Assembly: GCF_009914755.1 (NCBI RefSeq)
Contig: NC_060939.1
Origin: the human T2T-CHM13v2.0 reference genome, Homo sapiens
Length of the DNA stretch: 64,000 nucleotides
Strand: one strand, 5' to 3'
A program made the position numbers and the translations under genes. The stretch's first letter is position 1. Each line of letters begins with the position of its first letter. The notes beneath the pieces were generated by a model, which searched no databases, was not told the origin of the DNA, and worked only from the letters and a program-made list of their open reading frames with translations. Positions 1 through 24,038 of this stretch are shown here, piece after piece.

Positions 1-153
1 ATTGAATTTCAGAGTTTTCTCCCATAACTGTTTATTTAATTTCATTTTCTTGAATAAGTAAAATATTAATATGGTTGAACATCAAAACGATATGAGAAGA
101 TACACTCAGAGAAGTGTCACTCTATCCTTTATACCTTCCATCCCATTCCCACC

Positions 154-512
154 TGTATTAGTCTGTTCTTACACTGCTATGAAGAAATACCCACGACTGG
201 GTAATTTATAAAGAAAAGAGGTTTCATTGACTCACAGAGTTCTGCATGGCTGGGGAGGCCTCAGGAAACTTACAATCATGACTGAAGTCACCTCTTCACA
301 GGGCAGCAGGAAAGAAAATGAGTGCCAGCAGGGAAAATGCCAGATGCTTATAAAACCATCAGATCTCGTGAGAACTTACTATCACGAGAACAGCACGGGG
401 GAAACCGCCTCCAGGCTTCAACTACCTCCCACTGGGTCCGTCCCACAAGACATGGGGATTATGGGATTACAATTCAAGATGAGATTTGGATGGGAACACA
501 AAGCCAAATCAC
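154..512 (-). mobile_element. ERVL-MaLR solo LTR (MST/THE1 type)
   Basis: Starts TGTATTAGTCTGTTCT...CTGGGTAATTTATAAAGAAAAGAGG and ends ...GAGATTTGGATGGGAACACA, typical of MST LTRs. Confidence 0.85.
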
Positions 513-1474
513 CCTGTCCTGTAGATAACAAATTTTCTTCAGTCTCTGGTTTATCCCTTCTTTGTTTCTTTTTTTTTTTTAAATCGAACTCTTTTAGCCA
601 TTTTTGTATCCATATTTTAAAATATCCATATAGTTTTATTTTAATGTTTTTAGTTTAAGAAAATATCTACTGACTTTCTACCGAGAAAAATAAAGGTTTG
701 ATTCTTACATAGTGATGACTACTTCCCAAACAGCCACTCCTCTGGCCCTCAGTCTACAAAGCTATGCATAAATGGGTACCTTTATGAAGTGATCACTTGG
801 ATACAGGGTGCTAGAGCTCTCCATCGAGCTAAGGATGTGGGTCCTAGAAAAGAAGACACAGTCTAAGTCTTGGAGCATCTACTGATATTGAGAGCTACGA
901 ATACACCAAGTAGAACAAGTTGAACAACTTTGGAGACACTAAGTAATAACAGGCAAAAGACTGACACTGTTAAATATTCACATTAAACTCAAAGAGGGCA
1001 CAGCCAGTATTATTCTGCAATAAATTTCACTGTCCCCCATCTCCCCTGATGAATTAATGTGCATGAGGTGGGATGGACGGGAGTTAAAACCTTAAATTTC
1101 TCTGTGATCTGTGATTAGGCAAAGAAAGCCAAGGTCTAACTCTGCTCACTGGGCTTGACTACCACCCTGTGTTAGTGTGCTTCGTGTCAATGCGTCTGTC
1201 CAAAAAGTCCTAACTTTTAATTTTATATGGCTCTTGAACAAACCTCATCCCACCCACCAGATGCCTCCAGTGATGCCTTCATGCTCCTGCTAAGAGTAGT
1301 TCTTCAGAGGGTACTTTCCCAGTTCTTGGCAATGATTTTCTGACAAGGGTTATCTTGCATGAATGGATCTTTAGTGGTGTCCTAGTAAAGGAATGGGCAC
1401 CCTTACCTTCAACAAAGAATGGCTCATACTCAACTCACTTACCCCAATATTACTAGCTAGGGAGTTGCTGCTTA

Positions 1475-5389
<3,915 letters not shown>

Positions 5390-5390
5390 G

Positions 5391-5735
5391 AACTACCTGA
5401 AACTGGGTAATTTATAAAGGAAAGAAGTTTAATTTACTCACAGTTCCGCATGGCTTGGGAGGCCTCAGGAAACTTACAATCGCAGCGGAAGGGGAAGTAA
5501 ACATGTACTTCTTCACGTGACAGCAGAAGAGAGAAGTGCAGAGTGAAGAGGGGGAAAACCCCTTATAAAACTATCAGATTTCATGAGAACTCACTATCAC
5601 AAGAACAGCATGGCGAGGAGTGCCCCCATGATCAAATCACCTCCCACGAGGTCCCTCCGTCAACACATAGGGATTACAATTTGGATTACTATTCAAAATG
5701 AGATTTGGGTGGGGACACAGAGCCAGACCATATCA
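5391..5735 (-). mobile_element. MST/THE1 LTR, truncated at the adjacent Alu
   Basis: Homologous to the LTR at 154-512 and ends CCAGACCATATCA. Confidence 0.82.
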
Positions 5736-8700
5736 TTCACTATCTTTTTATATCCAAGAATCACCAGCTAGGCAATCTAATTACTCCTTTGTTTGGTTAC
5801 TTATTTGTTCAGCAAATAGTTATTGATCTATTTGGAAAGCTTGGGGATGTGGAAGGGAATAAGACACTGTCTCTGCCCTCTAGGAACATAGACTAACAGA
5901 ATGATGGATGGAACAACTACAGTAACTACAAAGAAAATTGTCCCAGTGGTGGCTGAAGGACATGCTCCTCCCCAAGAACAAGCGTTTTGCTTCTCCAGGC
6001 CTCTTATTCCCTGCTCTTTGGCACAGAAGGAAAATTAGCACTGAAGCCTAAACATATAGGCTTGAAGAGGAAGGATGACTGAGGAATGACAAGATGAATG
6101 CGGATAACATCCAACATTCCACTCACAGGATCTCACAAGCACAGGCCTCTGATCTTTTTTTTTTTTTTTTCAGTTTGGTTCCCAGTTCCTGGACTACATG
6201 CCAAGGTACTGTGTTTTTCAGAAAGAAGACTTGCCCTGTCTAGATATACCCTAAATTTCTTATTCCATAATCCAACTTCTTCTCAAGGGAGGAGCAGAGA
6301 TCAGGTAGAAATACAAAGAAATTAGAGTTTTCCATAGAATTCTCCAAATTTTCAAAATCAAATGCATACAATCACACACATTAGAGCACAACTTAAAGCA
6401 GTGAGTACAGAGTCTCAAGGTGGGAGCAGCTGGTTCACAGTAGGAGTGCTGAGGGCCTACCAGGAATGAGGAGACCTCTGAGAGGCTTTGAAAAAGACCG
6501 GAAACCTTCCTTCCAACCAATTCCCACCAGCTCCAAAGAGGATGAAGGGAGAGAAACCGTCTTTATGCCACTGGCCTCTGCTGGGCTACATCATTTAAAG
6601 ATTTGAGGTTGGGCCAGAGGTAGGCAGAGAACAAGGCAGGAGGGAAGACAATGCTTATTTTTCCTCCAACTAACATATTCTCTCAAAGTTTCTGGGACTC
6701 TGAGATTTCTACTAAAGATTCTAGGCTTTCTTGGCAATGATTTTCATATATCACAGTTTGCTCAGAGACCTGTTATCAGTACATCATGGCCAGGTGATCA
6801 CAGCCAGTCACAGCCAGCTTCAGGTCTCCATAAGAGGGAGTCCCTCCAGAATTGTGTGATTTGCCTGTGGCAATCACATCTATTTTAGGTGCATTAGGGG
6901 GAACTATGTGAAGGACGCTTCTAGTGAATCCTTTAGTAAAGTGAATAATTACTTCTAGGCTTCAACTAGAAGTGATTGGAAGTGATAGAAGTCATTGGAA
7001 GGAGCCTTATGACTTCACCACTTTACTTATTATTAATGGTCATTAGCCACAGTCACCACCATGTTACTCACAAGATTCAAACCCAAGCTGGCCTGGCTCC
7101 CAATCTGTGATCAGTTCTACCTCATTGTCTCAAGCACACTGAACACCATACACAGGGCTTTCCCTTATCATTTTTCCAGAGAGAATCAGGGTATTGTCCT
7201 CCAGAAGATAAGGCGAGTTCAGGCCTGCAATGCAACCAGGCGATGTCTGCCTACCTTTTTCGCCTCTCTTCTCTCCAGCTGTACTGTTCTTTCAGTTCCT
7301 TCAAGAGCCAAGCTCCAGGCCCACCCCTCCTTCAGCTCAGACTAGGAAGCACCTCATTCTTATCCCGCTCTTCTCAGTCTCAGCCTGGTTAATTCCTAGT
7401 CTTTCAGTCTTACCTATGAGTCACTTTTTAATGGAAGTGCTCTTACATTTGCCCTCTACCCACCCATTCGGGTTCCCCATTTATGAGCTTATAAATGACT
7501 TTTTCTTGGTAGCATCTACCAAAGTTTTCATTAGATACCTGTGTGTGTTTGGTTGATTCAATGTCTGTGTCTCCCTCTAAATGCTCATCTCTGAAGCCAG
7601 AGTTCATGCTTATTGTGCTCATGATCATATCCCCTCACCTAGTAGCCCTTGGCACATACGTGGCAACAGTACTTCACAATGTATTCTGTACTAAGTAAGT
7701 ATGTGCTTACCTGCGATAGGAGATGGTTACAAGGCAAGGTTCCTGGTTTTTGTTTTTTCCTGTATTCTTAGTATCTTTATGATTCCCTGAAAAGTACAAA
7801 CTTAATTCACCATGGGTCTCTGATCTCTATCCTTGTCTAACGATTTGAGTTAGGATCCCAACAATATGATAGAGCTGTATGTATGGCAGCCATCCCAGAA
7901 CTATTTTAGAGGAGAGATTAATATTCTTCCTACCCTTCCTTGAGGACAGGACTGTTGTACTACTAGTGCTTTACAGTCCAAGGAGCTTAGGGTCCAGGTA
8001 GGGAAGTCAGAGAAGTAGACAAGTAATCTCAGAAAATGAAGTGCTATATATATAATAGGATAAGCCAGGCATGAAGGGGGACAAGGAGGCTCTTATCTGA
8101 TCCTCATGAGCATCTGGAAGATTTCTGTAGAAAGTCCTAAAAAAGATGTTACAGGTTGATAAGGGAAAAAAATAGGCATGGGGTGGAGAGCTGAGATGAA
8201 GAGATACTCAAAAAGGCTCAGAGGTGAGAGAGCATGGAGTTTTCAGAGGGGAATTGTGAATAATTTGAGATACATAGGGAAGTGGCAAGAAGTGAGTCTG
8301 AAGGAACTGTGTTCAGGGGCCAAAGATGTTTGTCTTGAAGTCCATGAGAGTCAACACAGGGTTTAATTGATGAGTGATCCCATCAGATTTGCCTTTTAGA
8401 AACATCTTTAAGATTAGTGTCTAAAGCTCCAGTTACCAGAAACTAGGACTACAACTACTTTCTCTTGGAAGTCAATTTCTCTTGACTACACCACTGCTTT
8501 CTCTCTAAGGAGAGTTTGGAAGGAGAGAGGCAAGTCCCTAGATCATGCCAATAGAGGTAGGAGGAGGGTGGACAGGTTGGAAGAGATGTATACCATGTGT
8601 TGACTATGGGTATATTAATGTTTTTCAGTTTAGCATGTGAGAGCAGTACTACAGAAAGCAGTTAACAGTTTTCTCTAGATTAAGACCACTTACCCACTGA

Positions 8701-8779
8701 TGAGTTTGGGAAATTGTTTAACCTGTTTCCTCATCTGAAAAATAAGAATATTAATAATTATAAACTCATCGAGAACTTA

Positions 8780-9050
8780 TATGCCTTATCTCACTTATGT
8801 GTGGAATCTAAAAAAGCCAAACTCATGGAAGCAGAGAATGAAATGGTGGGTTGAGGGGTAGGAGAAATGGGAAGATACTGGCCAAAGGGTACAAACTCAA
8901 TTATAAGATGAACAAGTTTCAGGGATCTTAACTACATCATGAGTGATGGTGGATGTATTAATTAATTTGATTGTGGTAGTCATAATACAATGTATATCAA
9001 ATAATCACATTTTATACTCTGAATATAGTCAATCTTTATAAATTATTTTT
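8780..9050 (+). mobile_element. Old L1M 3' fragment
   Basis: TCTCACTTATGTGTGGAATCTAAAAAAG...GGCCAAAGGGTACAAAC, typical of an L1M 3' UTR. Confidence 0.7.
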
Positions 9051-9906
9051 AAATATTTTTAAAAGGGAATGAAATAAATTTACATTCATATATATGAAAA
9101 ATTTGATTTCAAAATTATCTAAAAGAGGTACAAATATGAATCAATAGATTATTAAATTTCAGTGGAATTAAACGCCTTGTCAACAGTTTTCTGTTGGAAA
9201 TGCTGCGTATAGCTAGTTTTTACAGTTCCACTCATTCCTCCAGTTTAATGTTTGACCTTAATTTACTCCTTCCTCTTCTCAGGGTTGCTTGCCTGGCTGG
9301 CTCAGTCCTACCAGACAGAAGCCACTGTGGAAAGCTTCAGTTCCCCTAGTGCTCATAATAAGATCGTTTTACCATAAACTAAAGAGATAAGCTAATATTT
9401 GGAGCTATTTTGGGGGCATTTTAAAATTTTCAATACTTCATCTTTTACCAAGAGTATAAAAACAATATCCACAATTTATAGACACCATTTGAATTTTACC
9501 GAAGCTACTTTCAAGTTCTCCTGAATAACATAAACATTTAAACCAAATGGATATTCTCACCAGCCTTATAAATTTAAGACTCTAAATAATGAAAATAATC
9601 ACACCTAAAATGCGGAAGAGCTCAGTACAACTGGTCCCATCTCAACATACTCTTTGAGCTGAATTAAAAGACTCAGTCACTAGCTTCTGTTGGGTTACCT
9701 GAAATTGGTGCTTAGCAGAATTTTTGCTGGGTTTAAATACAAAATGTACATACATGATTGTAACCATGCAAATGTATGTCTATATGTGACCCGAAAGGCA
9801 ATAAGCAAAAATGAAAATAGTGGTTTAAAATATTTAATAAAAATATTTTCAGTAACAGTTTTTAACAAAAGATACTCTAGTTGAGCACTTAAAAAAAAAA
9901 GAAACA

Positions 9907-13603
<3,697 letters not shown>

Positions 13604-14204
13604 CTAACACCTCTGAGAATCTATGATGAGAAAGATGAGGGGACTGAAAAGCTACCTGTGTTATATATCTCTATTACAATATGGAGGTCTAAGGTTGATT
13701 CCCCATCCTCAGGATCTAGAAGGCTCTCCTACTGTTGTACTTCTTTCCCCTGGCCATTCATTCCCTGTTATTATTTGTCCTCCCTCCCGACATAATAAGC
13801 TCTATCAAGGAGAAGCACTTGTATATTATCCATCTCTGTATTCTACCTTGCATCACAGCACAAAGCTGGTACTCAATAATTGTAAGACGAATACCATAGA
13901 TGGTAACCAGAATAAAATAGTTGATAAGATCTATTGTGATTCATATATCCATACTCTGAAACTAACTGTAATAATAAAAAATTGAAACTACATCAGCAAC
14001 ATATGGCTCAGATTATCAGAGAATTAAATGGCAGAGAGCTGAAAATTTTGAAAGGTGTGGCCACATAAAAAACAATGTGCATGCTGTCTAAAAATAACAA
14101 CCACTCCCTTTTAAAGAGGAAAGGTAAATTTCAAGCCTCAGATAATTGAAGTAAATTGTCAGAAAAAAAGAAACATTAAGTAAAAAAAAAGAAAGATGAT
14201 TTGA

Positions 14205-14516
14205 TTTCTGGATTAAGATGTTTTAATTAATATACATAATGTATAGTAGTTCATATAATTTATTAATGGCATTTTCTATAGGACACTGTAATTAATTCAG
14301 TGACATCAATATTGACCTCATACAGACAAAAGATGAAAGCTGGGTTTTCTCGTGTACCAAGTACAAAACATGTGCTAAAAAGTTAACATACACAGTTGTA
14401 AGAGATCAACGTCGGGATGACTCAAGTTTATAGTAGTTGCTTCACACGGTTTTCCAAGACTTGGATGCCACCCAGTGTTGCCGTGTTTGTGCAAATGCCA
14501 GCTCTGGACGGCCTGA
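14205..14516 (-). terminator. EMC7: EMC7 3' UTR with probable ATTAAA polyadenylation signal (14222-14227)
   Basis: AT-rich UTR after the stop. ATTAAA on the minus strand is followed by a U-rich downstream tract (A-runs at 14140-14195 on the + strand). Confidence 0.65.
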
Positions 14517-14732
<216 letters not shown>

Positions 14733-14927
14733 CTATTAAGGAAAAAGTAAAGGAGTAGAACAAGTGAAAGGTACTGGTTCTGAGCAATGATGCAACATCA
14801 TACTCAGTAGTACTTCACCTATATATCATTAGTAACTATTTTCCATATCTCCTTTATACCACTAGACATTTTGACTCTTAGTAAATGTCCAATAAATGAC
14901 TGCCTAGGGTTTGATTCTGCTTGCCTT

Positions 14928-15124
14928 TTTTTTTTTTATTATTATACTTTAAGTTTTAGGGTACATGTGCACAACGTGCAGGTTTGTTACATACGTACGC
15001 ATGTGCCATGTTGGTGTGCTGCACCCATTAACTCATCATTTAACATTAGGTATATCTTCTAATGCTATCCCTCCCACCTCCCCCCACCCCACAACAGGCC
15101 CTGTGTGTGATGTTCCCTTTCGTG
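14928..15124 (-). mobile_element. 5'-truncated L1PA 3' end (about 200 bp)
   Basis: TTATTATACTTTAAGTTTTAGGGTACATGTGCACAACGTGCAGG. TSD TGATTCTGCTTGYCTT at 14912-14927 and 15125-15140. Confidence 0.9.
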
Positions 15125-16019
15125 TGATTCTGCTTGTCTTAATAAAGAACACTTTTTTCTGATACTGAATATATTTGATCATATTCCTCTCTTATTTTAT
15201 GTTTTCTGATTAAAGTGATTTCTTATTGTTTTAATGAGTACATTTTTAAGTTCATGCTTCCTTTAGATGCATATAACCAGAATATTAATTTTTAACTATA
15301 TATCAAGGTATCAGTACAGTTTGGAAAATAAGTGCAATATTTCTAAGAATTCATTTATAACCCTCAGTAGTAAATCTATGAATGCTGTATGGCTTGCATG
15401 ACTTCAATTAGACTCTAAAGCAAGCAACACACTGTTACAAAGAAGTCATTGGCAAAACAGGATAGGACTTGGCACTTTTGAGTATTTGTCCTCCCCTTTA
15501 ATTGAGCCAAAAATCTATAAAGTACTGTTTGATAGTTATATAATATTAATGTAACATCTGCTTCATTTAAATTTTAAGTGACATTCTCAAAGTGAACTTA
15601 AAATTGACTTTAGTTCATTCATACATGAAAAAGATAGCAAATACTATATTATCTATCATTTCTTTCATTTTTTTCTTTTCTTTTTTTTTTTAGGAGACAG
15701 TGCTCAGGTGATCTTCCTGCCTCAGCTTCCTGGGCAGCTGGGACTATAGGCACACAGCACAGCACTAGGCTTCCATTTCAAATTGAACACTGTTGGGATA
15801 TTAGCTTGAGCTTTTCCCACAAAGGTAGAATTGATTCCTAAATTTTAAAGGAGAAGTTGCTTTTACAAATAAGGCTAGCGAAAGAAATATTGTAAACATA
15901 AATCAAGTATGTTAACATGCCCCAATAATTAAGAAATAAATGTATATGGTAACAGCTCTTGAGTCCCTGCAAACATATATCAACTCTATTTTTGAATCTG
16001 TTCAATTCTGAAGCTCCCC

Positions 16020-16550
16020 TTTTTTTTTTTTTTTTTTTTTCAGTTTTTGTGGTTTTATTTAAACACAAATAAAACATGCATGAGAGCCGTTGATTCCTTT
16101 TCCTCACTGTGGAGCCTGGCATTGGGACTAGTGACTGTGATGGCCAGCTGGGCTGCTCTTTCCAGATGGTTTTGTGGTTCTTGGAGGAAACACTGTGAGT
16201 AATCTCAGCACGGTAACATTTGTTGCAGATCAGCAGTACTTCCAGCTCCTTGATGTTGTAGACCAGGAACTTCCAGAAGCCACTGGGTAGTAAGTACTTT
16301 GTTTCTTTGCTGCTCCCATAACCAATGTTGGGGATCAAGATCTGGCCCTTGAATCTTCTACGAACACTGTTGTCAACACCTCTAGGTTTCTGCCAGTTAA
16401 GCTAAATTTTGACATATTGGTCTGACTGGTGCCAGATAAACCTCTTAGTTGTCTTTTTGATGATCTTGGGCTTCACAAAGGATCTGAGGGCAGCCATGAT
16501 GCCAAGTAGGAGATGGTGCCACCTCTGCAGGCAGTGCCAAGGAAGAGAGC
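16020..16550 (-). pseudogene. RPL32P2: Processed ribosomal protein L32 pseudogene (RPL32P; probably RPL32P2) in EMC7 intron 4
   Basis: Intronless. 5' TOP-like CTCTCTTCC start; ATG at 16497 ([15 protein letters not shown]...); premature TAG at codon 32 (16402-16404) and a later frameshift. AATAAA plus poly(A) at 16020-16040. Target-site duplication (TSD) TTCTGAAGCTC at 16006-16016 and 16551-16561. Confidence 0.92.
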
Positions 16551-16578
16551 TTCTGAAGCTCTTGAATCAACTTTTTAA

Positions 16579-16914
<336 letters not shown>

Positions 16915-18228
16915 TGAACTTTTAATCAAATGTGACTTCTGATGTTTCCTTCTACTGATGCCACAGTTAATTGGCTTAACATATACAAGGAATGCACAGG
17001 ATGTATTACTTTCAGTCTAACACTGAAGCAAAAATGCAAACATTCACCAATAAAACATTTTGAAATATCAAAAACCTTTCTTTTCCTATGAATCTTTTTC
17101 TGCCATTCCTGCTTTGAATATACCCCTTATTACCTTCCACAGAACATAATCACCTACTACCTTAGCAAACATTTTTATTTACCTTATTTCTTTAAGAAAT
17201 AAGACAAATTTCTATTAAGAAAAAAGAAAAGAAAAAGTCACAAAATCCCCTGATAGCAAGAAGAATATTTGATAAATCCATTCTATTTTCTACATTTAAC
17301 TGGGACTGAGCCTACTGATGACAGGTATGGCCTATAATTCATTTCTGTATCTCCAGTATCTAGACCCTAGAAATTGATAAATGTTTACTCAGGAATGAAT
17401 AAAATGTCACCACATCTATATACTAAATAAAATGGGGAACCTTGAAACTCAGAAGATACTTGTTGATGGTTGAACGGAAAAATGCATGATGGTTTTTTGA
17501 AAAAATGAAGAGTTCAAATAGAAGCCAATATTCAAAGAGAAAATGTGGTGGCACTAAATTGGAAGCATCCTACTTAGCAAATCCTCTCCCTCTGCAGAAC
17601 CAGTATGGTTTTGTGGAACAGAATTCAAAGGTCACTCTTCTACTTATCCATCCCCCTTGGTCTATCTGTGTGTCTGAACACATAAACTGAGTATGTACTC
17701 TGAAGAGAGTTTTGTAAAGTAAAGGCAGATCACAGGAACAATCACTTTGTAAAATATTTAGATTCAGCATACCAGAAGTATTGTACATTTCAGCTATTTA
17801 AAAAGTAAGGCACACAAAGAGGCTAGGATGCAGTAAGATGTTTTAGCTACATAAAGAGATCCAGGCCAGGCAGAACTAACAATTTATCTAGTCTAATGGA
17901 AGCAACTAATTAAAAGCCATAAACATGATACTATGTTAATACAACCTCTAGATTAATTTGGCTTGGGAACTAGAATAAAATTGAGAAAAACTAAGCTACC
18001 CAGCTACGATGGGACAGAGCAAACATCACAATACGGTTCAAAAACCCACAGGTGGGGCCAGGCATGGTGCCTCGGACCTATAATCCCAGTGCTTTGGGAG
18101 GCTGAGGCAGGTGGATAGCTTGAGCCCAGGAGTTTGAGGCCACTCAAACTGATTGTGCCACTGCATTCCAGCTTGAGCAACAGAGGCTCTATCTCTTAAA
18201 AAAAAAAAAATCCATAGCTGGACCATCA

Positions 18229-18420
<192 letters not shown>

Positions 18421-19424
18421 CTATACAATAACACTAGTAGCAACCACCGCAATTCTACTGAGCCAGTTCTGATGATAGCAAGGGGCTGTCTGTCTGACTA
18501 TGGTGGACTATTATAGAATATTAAAGTTTTCTGTATGTATGTTTGGACTTTATAGACACCTCACTTCATAGTTGTGCCACCCACCTATCTTTTTGCAGAG
18601 TTACAGTGTTATTTAACACAAATAGTTTGCAAATGGAACTATCTATTCCCTTTTTTTTTTTTTTTTAATCTATAGTCTGGCAATGGGATTGGTGATCTGA
18701 TGGCAAGCTAACTGCTCTTTTCAGGTGACTGTGGTTCTTGGAAAACTGACCTACTTTAGCAGACCAGTTTTGAAAAATGACCTAGAAGCATCAAGCACTG
18801 GAGCACTAGATACACTTCCACGGAATTTCAGAAATGAGAACATGGAAGGTGAATAAGCTCTGGAGTTTCACTGCTGACTTCTTCCATCCAGTCTCCCCCC
18901 GCCTCTTTATCTCTGATTACAGATTCTAGGTACTAATTTATTCCTCCCTAGGGGATATACAGCCTCTGAAAACAGATCATGTGTGATCTAAATAGCTATC
19001 AGCAAGGATTATGACCAAAACTTAGATAAATTCTTTTATTTTTATTTTTATTTTTTGAGACACGGTCTTGCTCTGTTCCCCGGGCTGAAGTGTGGTGGTG
19101 CAATCTTGGCTCACTGCAACCTCCACCCCCTCTGGTTCAAGCAGTTCTCCTGCCTCAGCCTCCCAAGTAGCTGGGATTACAGGTCCCCGCCACCACACCC
19201 AGCTAACTTTTTATATTTTTGATAGAGACGAGGTTTCACCATGTTGGCCAGGCTGGTCTCGAACTCCTGACCTTGTGATCCGCCCACCTCAGCCTCCCAA
19301 AGTGCTGGGATTACAGGCGTGAGCCACCGCGCCTGGCCTACTTAGACAAATTCTAAGACAGCAATTCAATTTTTAAAAACAGCAAAAGAAAAGGTCGATT
19401 TGTTTCTAAAAACTGTTTTCTTGA

Positions 19425-19642
19425 TGATAGTCAACAATAATTTATTGTATATTTTAAAATCACAATCAAAGAGTGGAATTGGTATGTTCCTAACATTTAT
19501 AAAAACATGATAAATGCTTAAGGTGAGGGATATCCCAATTACCCTGATGTGATTAATACACATCGTATGCCTATATCAAAACATCATATGTACTTCATAA
19601 ATGTACATCTATTAGGCACCTATAATAATTAAAAATAAAAAC
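19425..19642 (+). mobile_element. L1MA-type 3' end fragment
   Basis: ATAGTCAACAATAATTTATTGTATATTT...GATATCCCAATTACCCTGAT...AAAATAAAA. Confidence 0.75.
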
Positions 19643-19978
19643 AAATTTTTAAAGAATGCATGCTATTAGTGTTTTATTATTAGTGAGTATCATAACATCG
19701 GTTCATAATGCCAACTACTTAAATTACCATAGAATAACTTTTCTCTTCACTACACATGTTAAAAAAAGAGGAAGAAATCCTTACTTGTGCTATCAATAGG
19801 GGCTGGTTAATAAATGATGGCACATTCATCAATGGACTAATAATATGCAGGCAGTATGGCTGGGTGCGGTGGCTCACGCCTGTAATCCCAGCACTTTAGG
19901 AGGCCGAGGCGGGCAGATCACCTGAGGTCAGGAGTTCAAGACCAGCCTGGCCAAGATGGAGAAACTCTGTCACTACTA

Positions 19979-20215
<237 letters not shown>

Positions 20216-20481
20216 TTACTGAGTATTCTTATTCTATTTGAAATGTAAAACATGCTATAAATATTTATCCAATTTCTATTACACATTTCAATAATCAAAT
20301 CTACAGTGCAATTCTCATTATATTCTCTTCGTTATGTATTCCCAAAGCCACTATTCTTCTGAAATCTGCAAATTATTCACAATTATCCTTTCATCCACCA
20401 ATCTGACCTCAGCTTTCTATCTCACAGAGGTTTGAAGTTTCCACTGCCTAGAAGCAAATTAGGTATTAGTAAAGTGCTTTA

Positions 20482-20691
<210 letters not shown>

Positions 20692-22165
20692 TTAAAAGAA
20701 CTGCTTATATTATATTAGCAATGCCTTATACACACTTTCAGCTTTTTCCAAAATGCTTTAAAACCTAAACTTTTGATCTTGAAAATCTGACCAAAATAGC
20801 TTTATCTACATGTCTAAAATATGCAGCAAAACACAGAGAAAAAAACGCTAGACTTGGAATCTTCTAGCTGCAGCTCTGTCATTACCTAGACCTGTGGGAT
20901 TAAATCAGTTCCCTAACTTCTATTTATGTCAAAAGTTCTTTTAGAATCCTTCTGGTGCTAAAGTTATTTGATTATATTTAGTAATGAATTTACTTCATTA
21001 TACCATACAAAAATACTGGATTTTATTTTTTTGATGGTCTAAGAAATGCATTATTGGATGTAACCAATTTTTAAGGCTATATTGCCAGAAAATGTTATAA
21101 TGCAAGAAAGCACTGCAGCAGTGCTATAGGTAACGCTACATTTTTCACCAAAGACGCACTAATTTTAATCAAAATTCTCATCCATGTTTACATAGGATCC
21201 ATTTTACTTTTTGAAAACTGCCTCTCCTATTTCACTGTCATTGCTGTGTTGGGAAATTTTTTTTCTGATCTGTCTCCCACTTCATCAAACTTCTGCTCAG
21301 TTTCTTAATGCATCCATTTAGTTGTACATTTCAATGCCTATATTCATTGTAGAGATTCTATTCTATTCTTTTTTCAAATATCTATAGCCTATTTTGGTAT
21401 ATCATTTCTATGGCAGTCTTTTATTTCCTTAAGTACTTTAAATATACATTAAATTATTTTACAGTCTATATCTAATAATTCTCCTATTTAAAGTTCTTAG
21501 AGGTCTGATTTATTTGCTGACTCAATGTAGACTGTTTTCTTGGGTTCTTTGTAAGTTTAGTAGACTTTATTTACCTTTATTTAAGTAAAGAGATACAAAG
21601 GGTATCTCCTTCCAGAGAGATTATGCATTTGTTACGGCCAGGAATTTGGGAATTATAAACAGAAACTATTTTGTTCATTGCTTAGCTTGGAAGTTCCTGG
21701 ATTATGCAGAAAGTAATAAATTCATACCCCAACTTGTAATGAGTGTAGGAGCGTAACTATCAGTTTTCAGGGGAGACTTTTTCCCCCAAAGGCCAGCATC
21801 AGACTTTTCCCTCCGAAAATCCAGGGCCTTCTGCATTTTAGTACCAAAGGTCAAAGGGAGGACCAAATTTTAGATCTAATTCTGACTCCAAGCAAGCCCA
21901 TGGCTTGCCTCCTCCCTGCACATTGCTAATTAAATCTAAGCCTTCTGGGTTAGAGAATATCAAAATCTCCAGGTGGGGAAGTGCTTTATAGTTTATCCCC
22001 TAGGGATTTCCTTTGTTTCGGGGGGAGCTATGCATTTATTAATAAAAGAAAATGTTCGTCATATTTTTATCCAGCATTTCTCTGCCAAAATGTCAGAACT
22101 GAAAATCCCACATATATTCAAAACTAATTTATCATGCATGCTGCATGCTTATAAAATATTGGTCA

Positions 22166-22661
<496 letters not shown>

Positions 22662-23018
22662 TGAGTAGCTGGAATTACAGGCGCACGCCACCATGTCCAG
22701 CTAATTTTTGTATTTTTAGTAGAGATGGGGTTCATCATGTTGGTCAGGCTGGTCTTGAACTCCTGACCTCATGATTCACCTGCCTCGGCCTCCCAAAGTG
22801 CTGGGATTACAGGTGTGAGCCACCGTGCCCAGCCCCATCCCTAATTATTAAAATAATTTTTAAATAATTTTTTCTTTTTTTTAATTTAACCTATGCTTCA
22901 GACATCCAATCATCAGGAATGTATCTGAGAACATGAATCCCACTGCTGCAACCAGTTCATAAGTGCTAAAGCAGGAAGTACTCTTTACTCAAGGTAAAAA
23001 GGCAATGAAAACTTTATA

Positions 23019-23678
<660 letters not shown>

Positions 23679-23952
23679 TATTTAAAACAATATTCCTATT
23701 TGCTAAGACTATTTTATTCAAAATTTAACCAGAGTAAAAAGGATTAAAAAAAAATACAAGTATTCCCTTTTGTGTAGCAGCTCTCATTCCGTCCAATATT
23801 GTGTTTTCAATATAAAAAAAATGTTTAAAGCAGTATATATAACATATACTGTGATCCACGTACCCCTCCATTTCCAAGCTTACAATTCTAAAATATACAA
23901 AAAGTCATGAATAAGTCCTTTAAGGCACAGATTTAATATAAAAGAAGTTTAC

Positions 23953-23967
23953 ATATACACATATATG

Positions 23968-24005
<38 letters not shown>

Positions 24006-24038
24006 TATATATATATATATATATATTTTTTTTTTTTT
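23953..24038. repeat. Compound (CA)n(TA)n(T)n microsatellite
   Basis: Directly visible. Confidence 0.93.

Noticed and set aside
9255-9330. Strong-looking plus-strand splice acceptor (TTTACTCCTTCCTCTTCTCAG)
   Set aside because: No partner donor, ORF or promoter can be linked to it from sequence alone.
15838-16338. 166-aa RPL32-like ORF as a functional gene
   Set aside because: Non-ATG start downstream of a nonsense codon, frameshifted C-terminus and read-through of the poly(A) tail mark it as a processed pseudogene.
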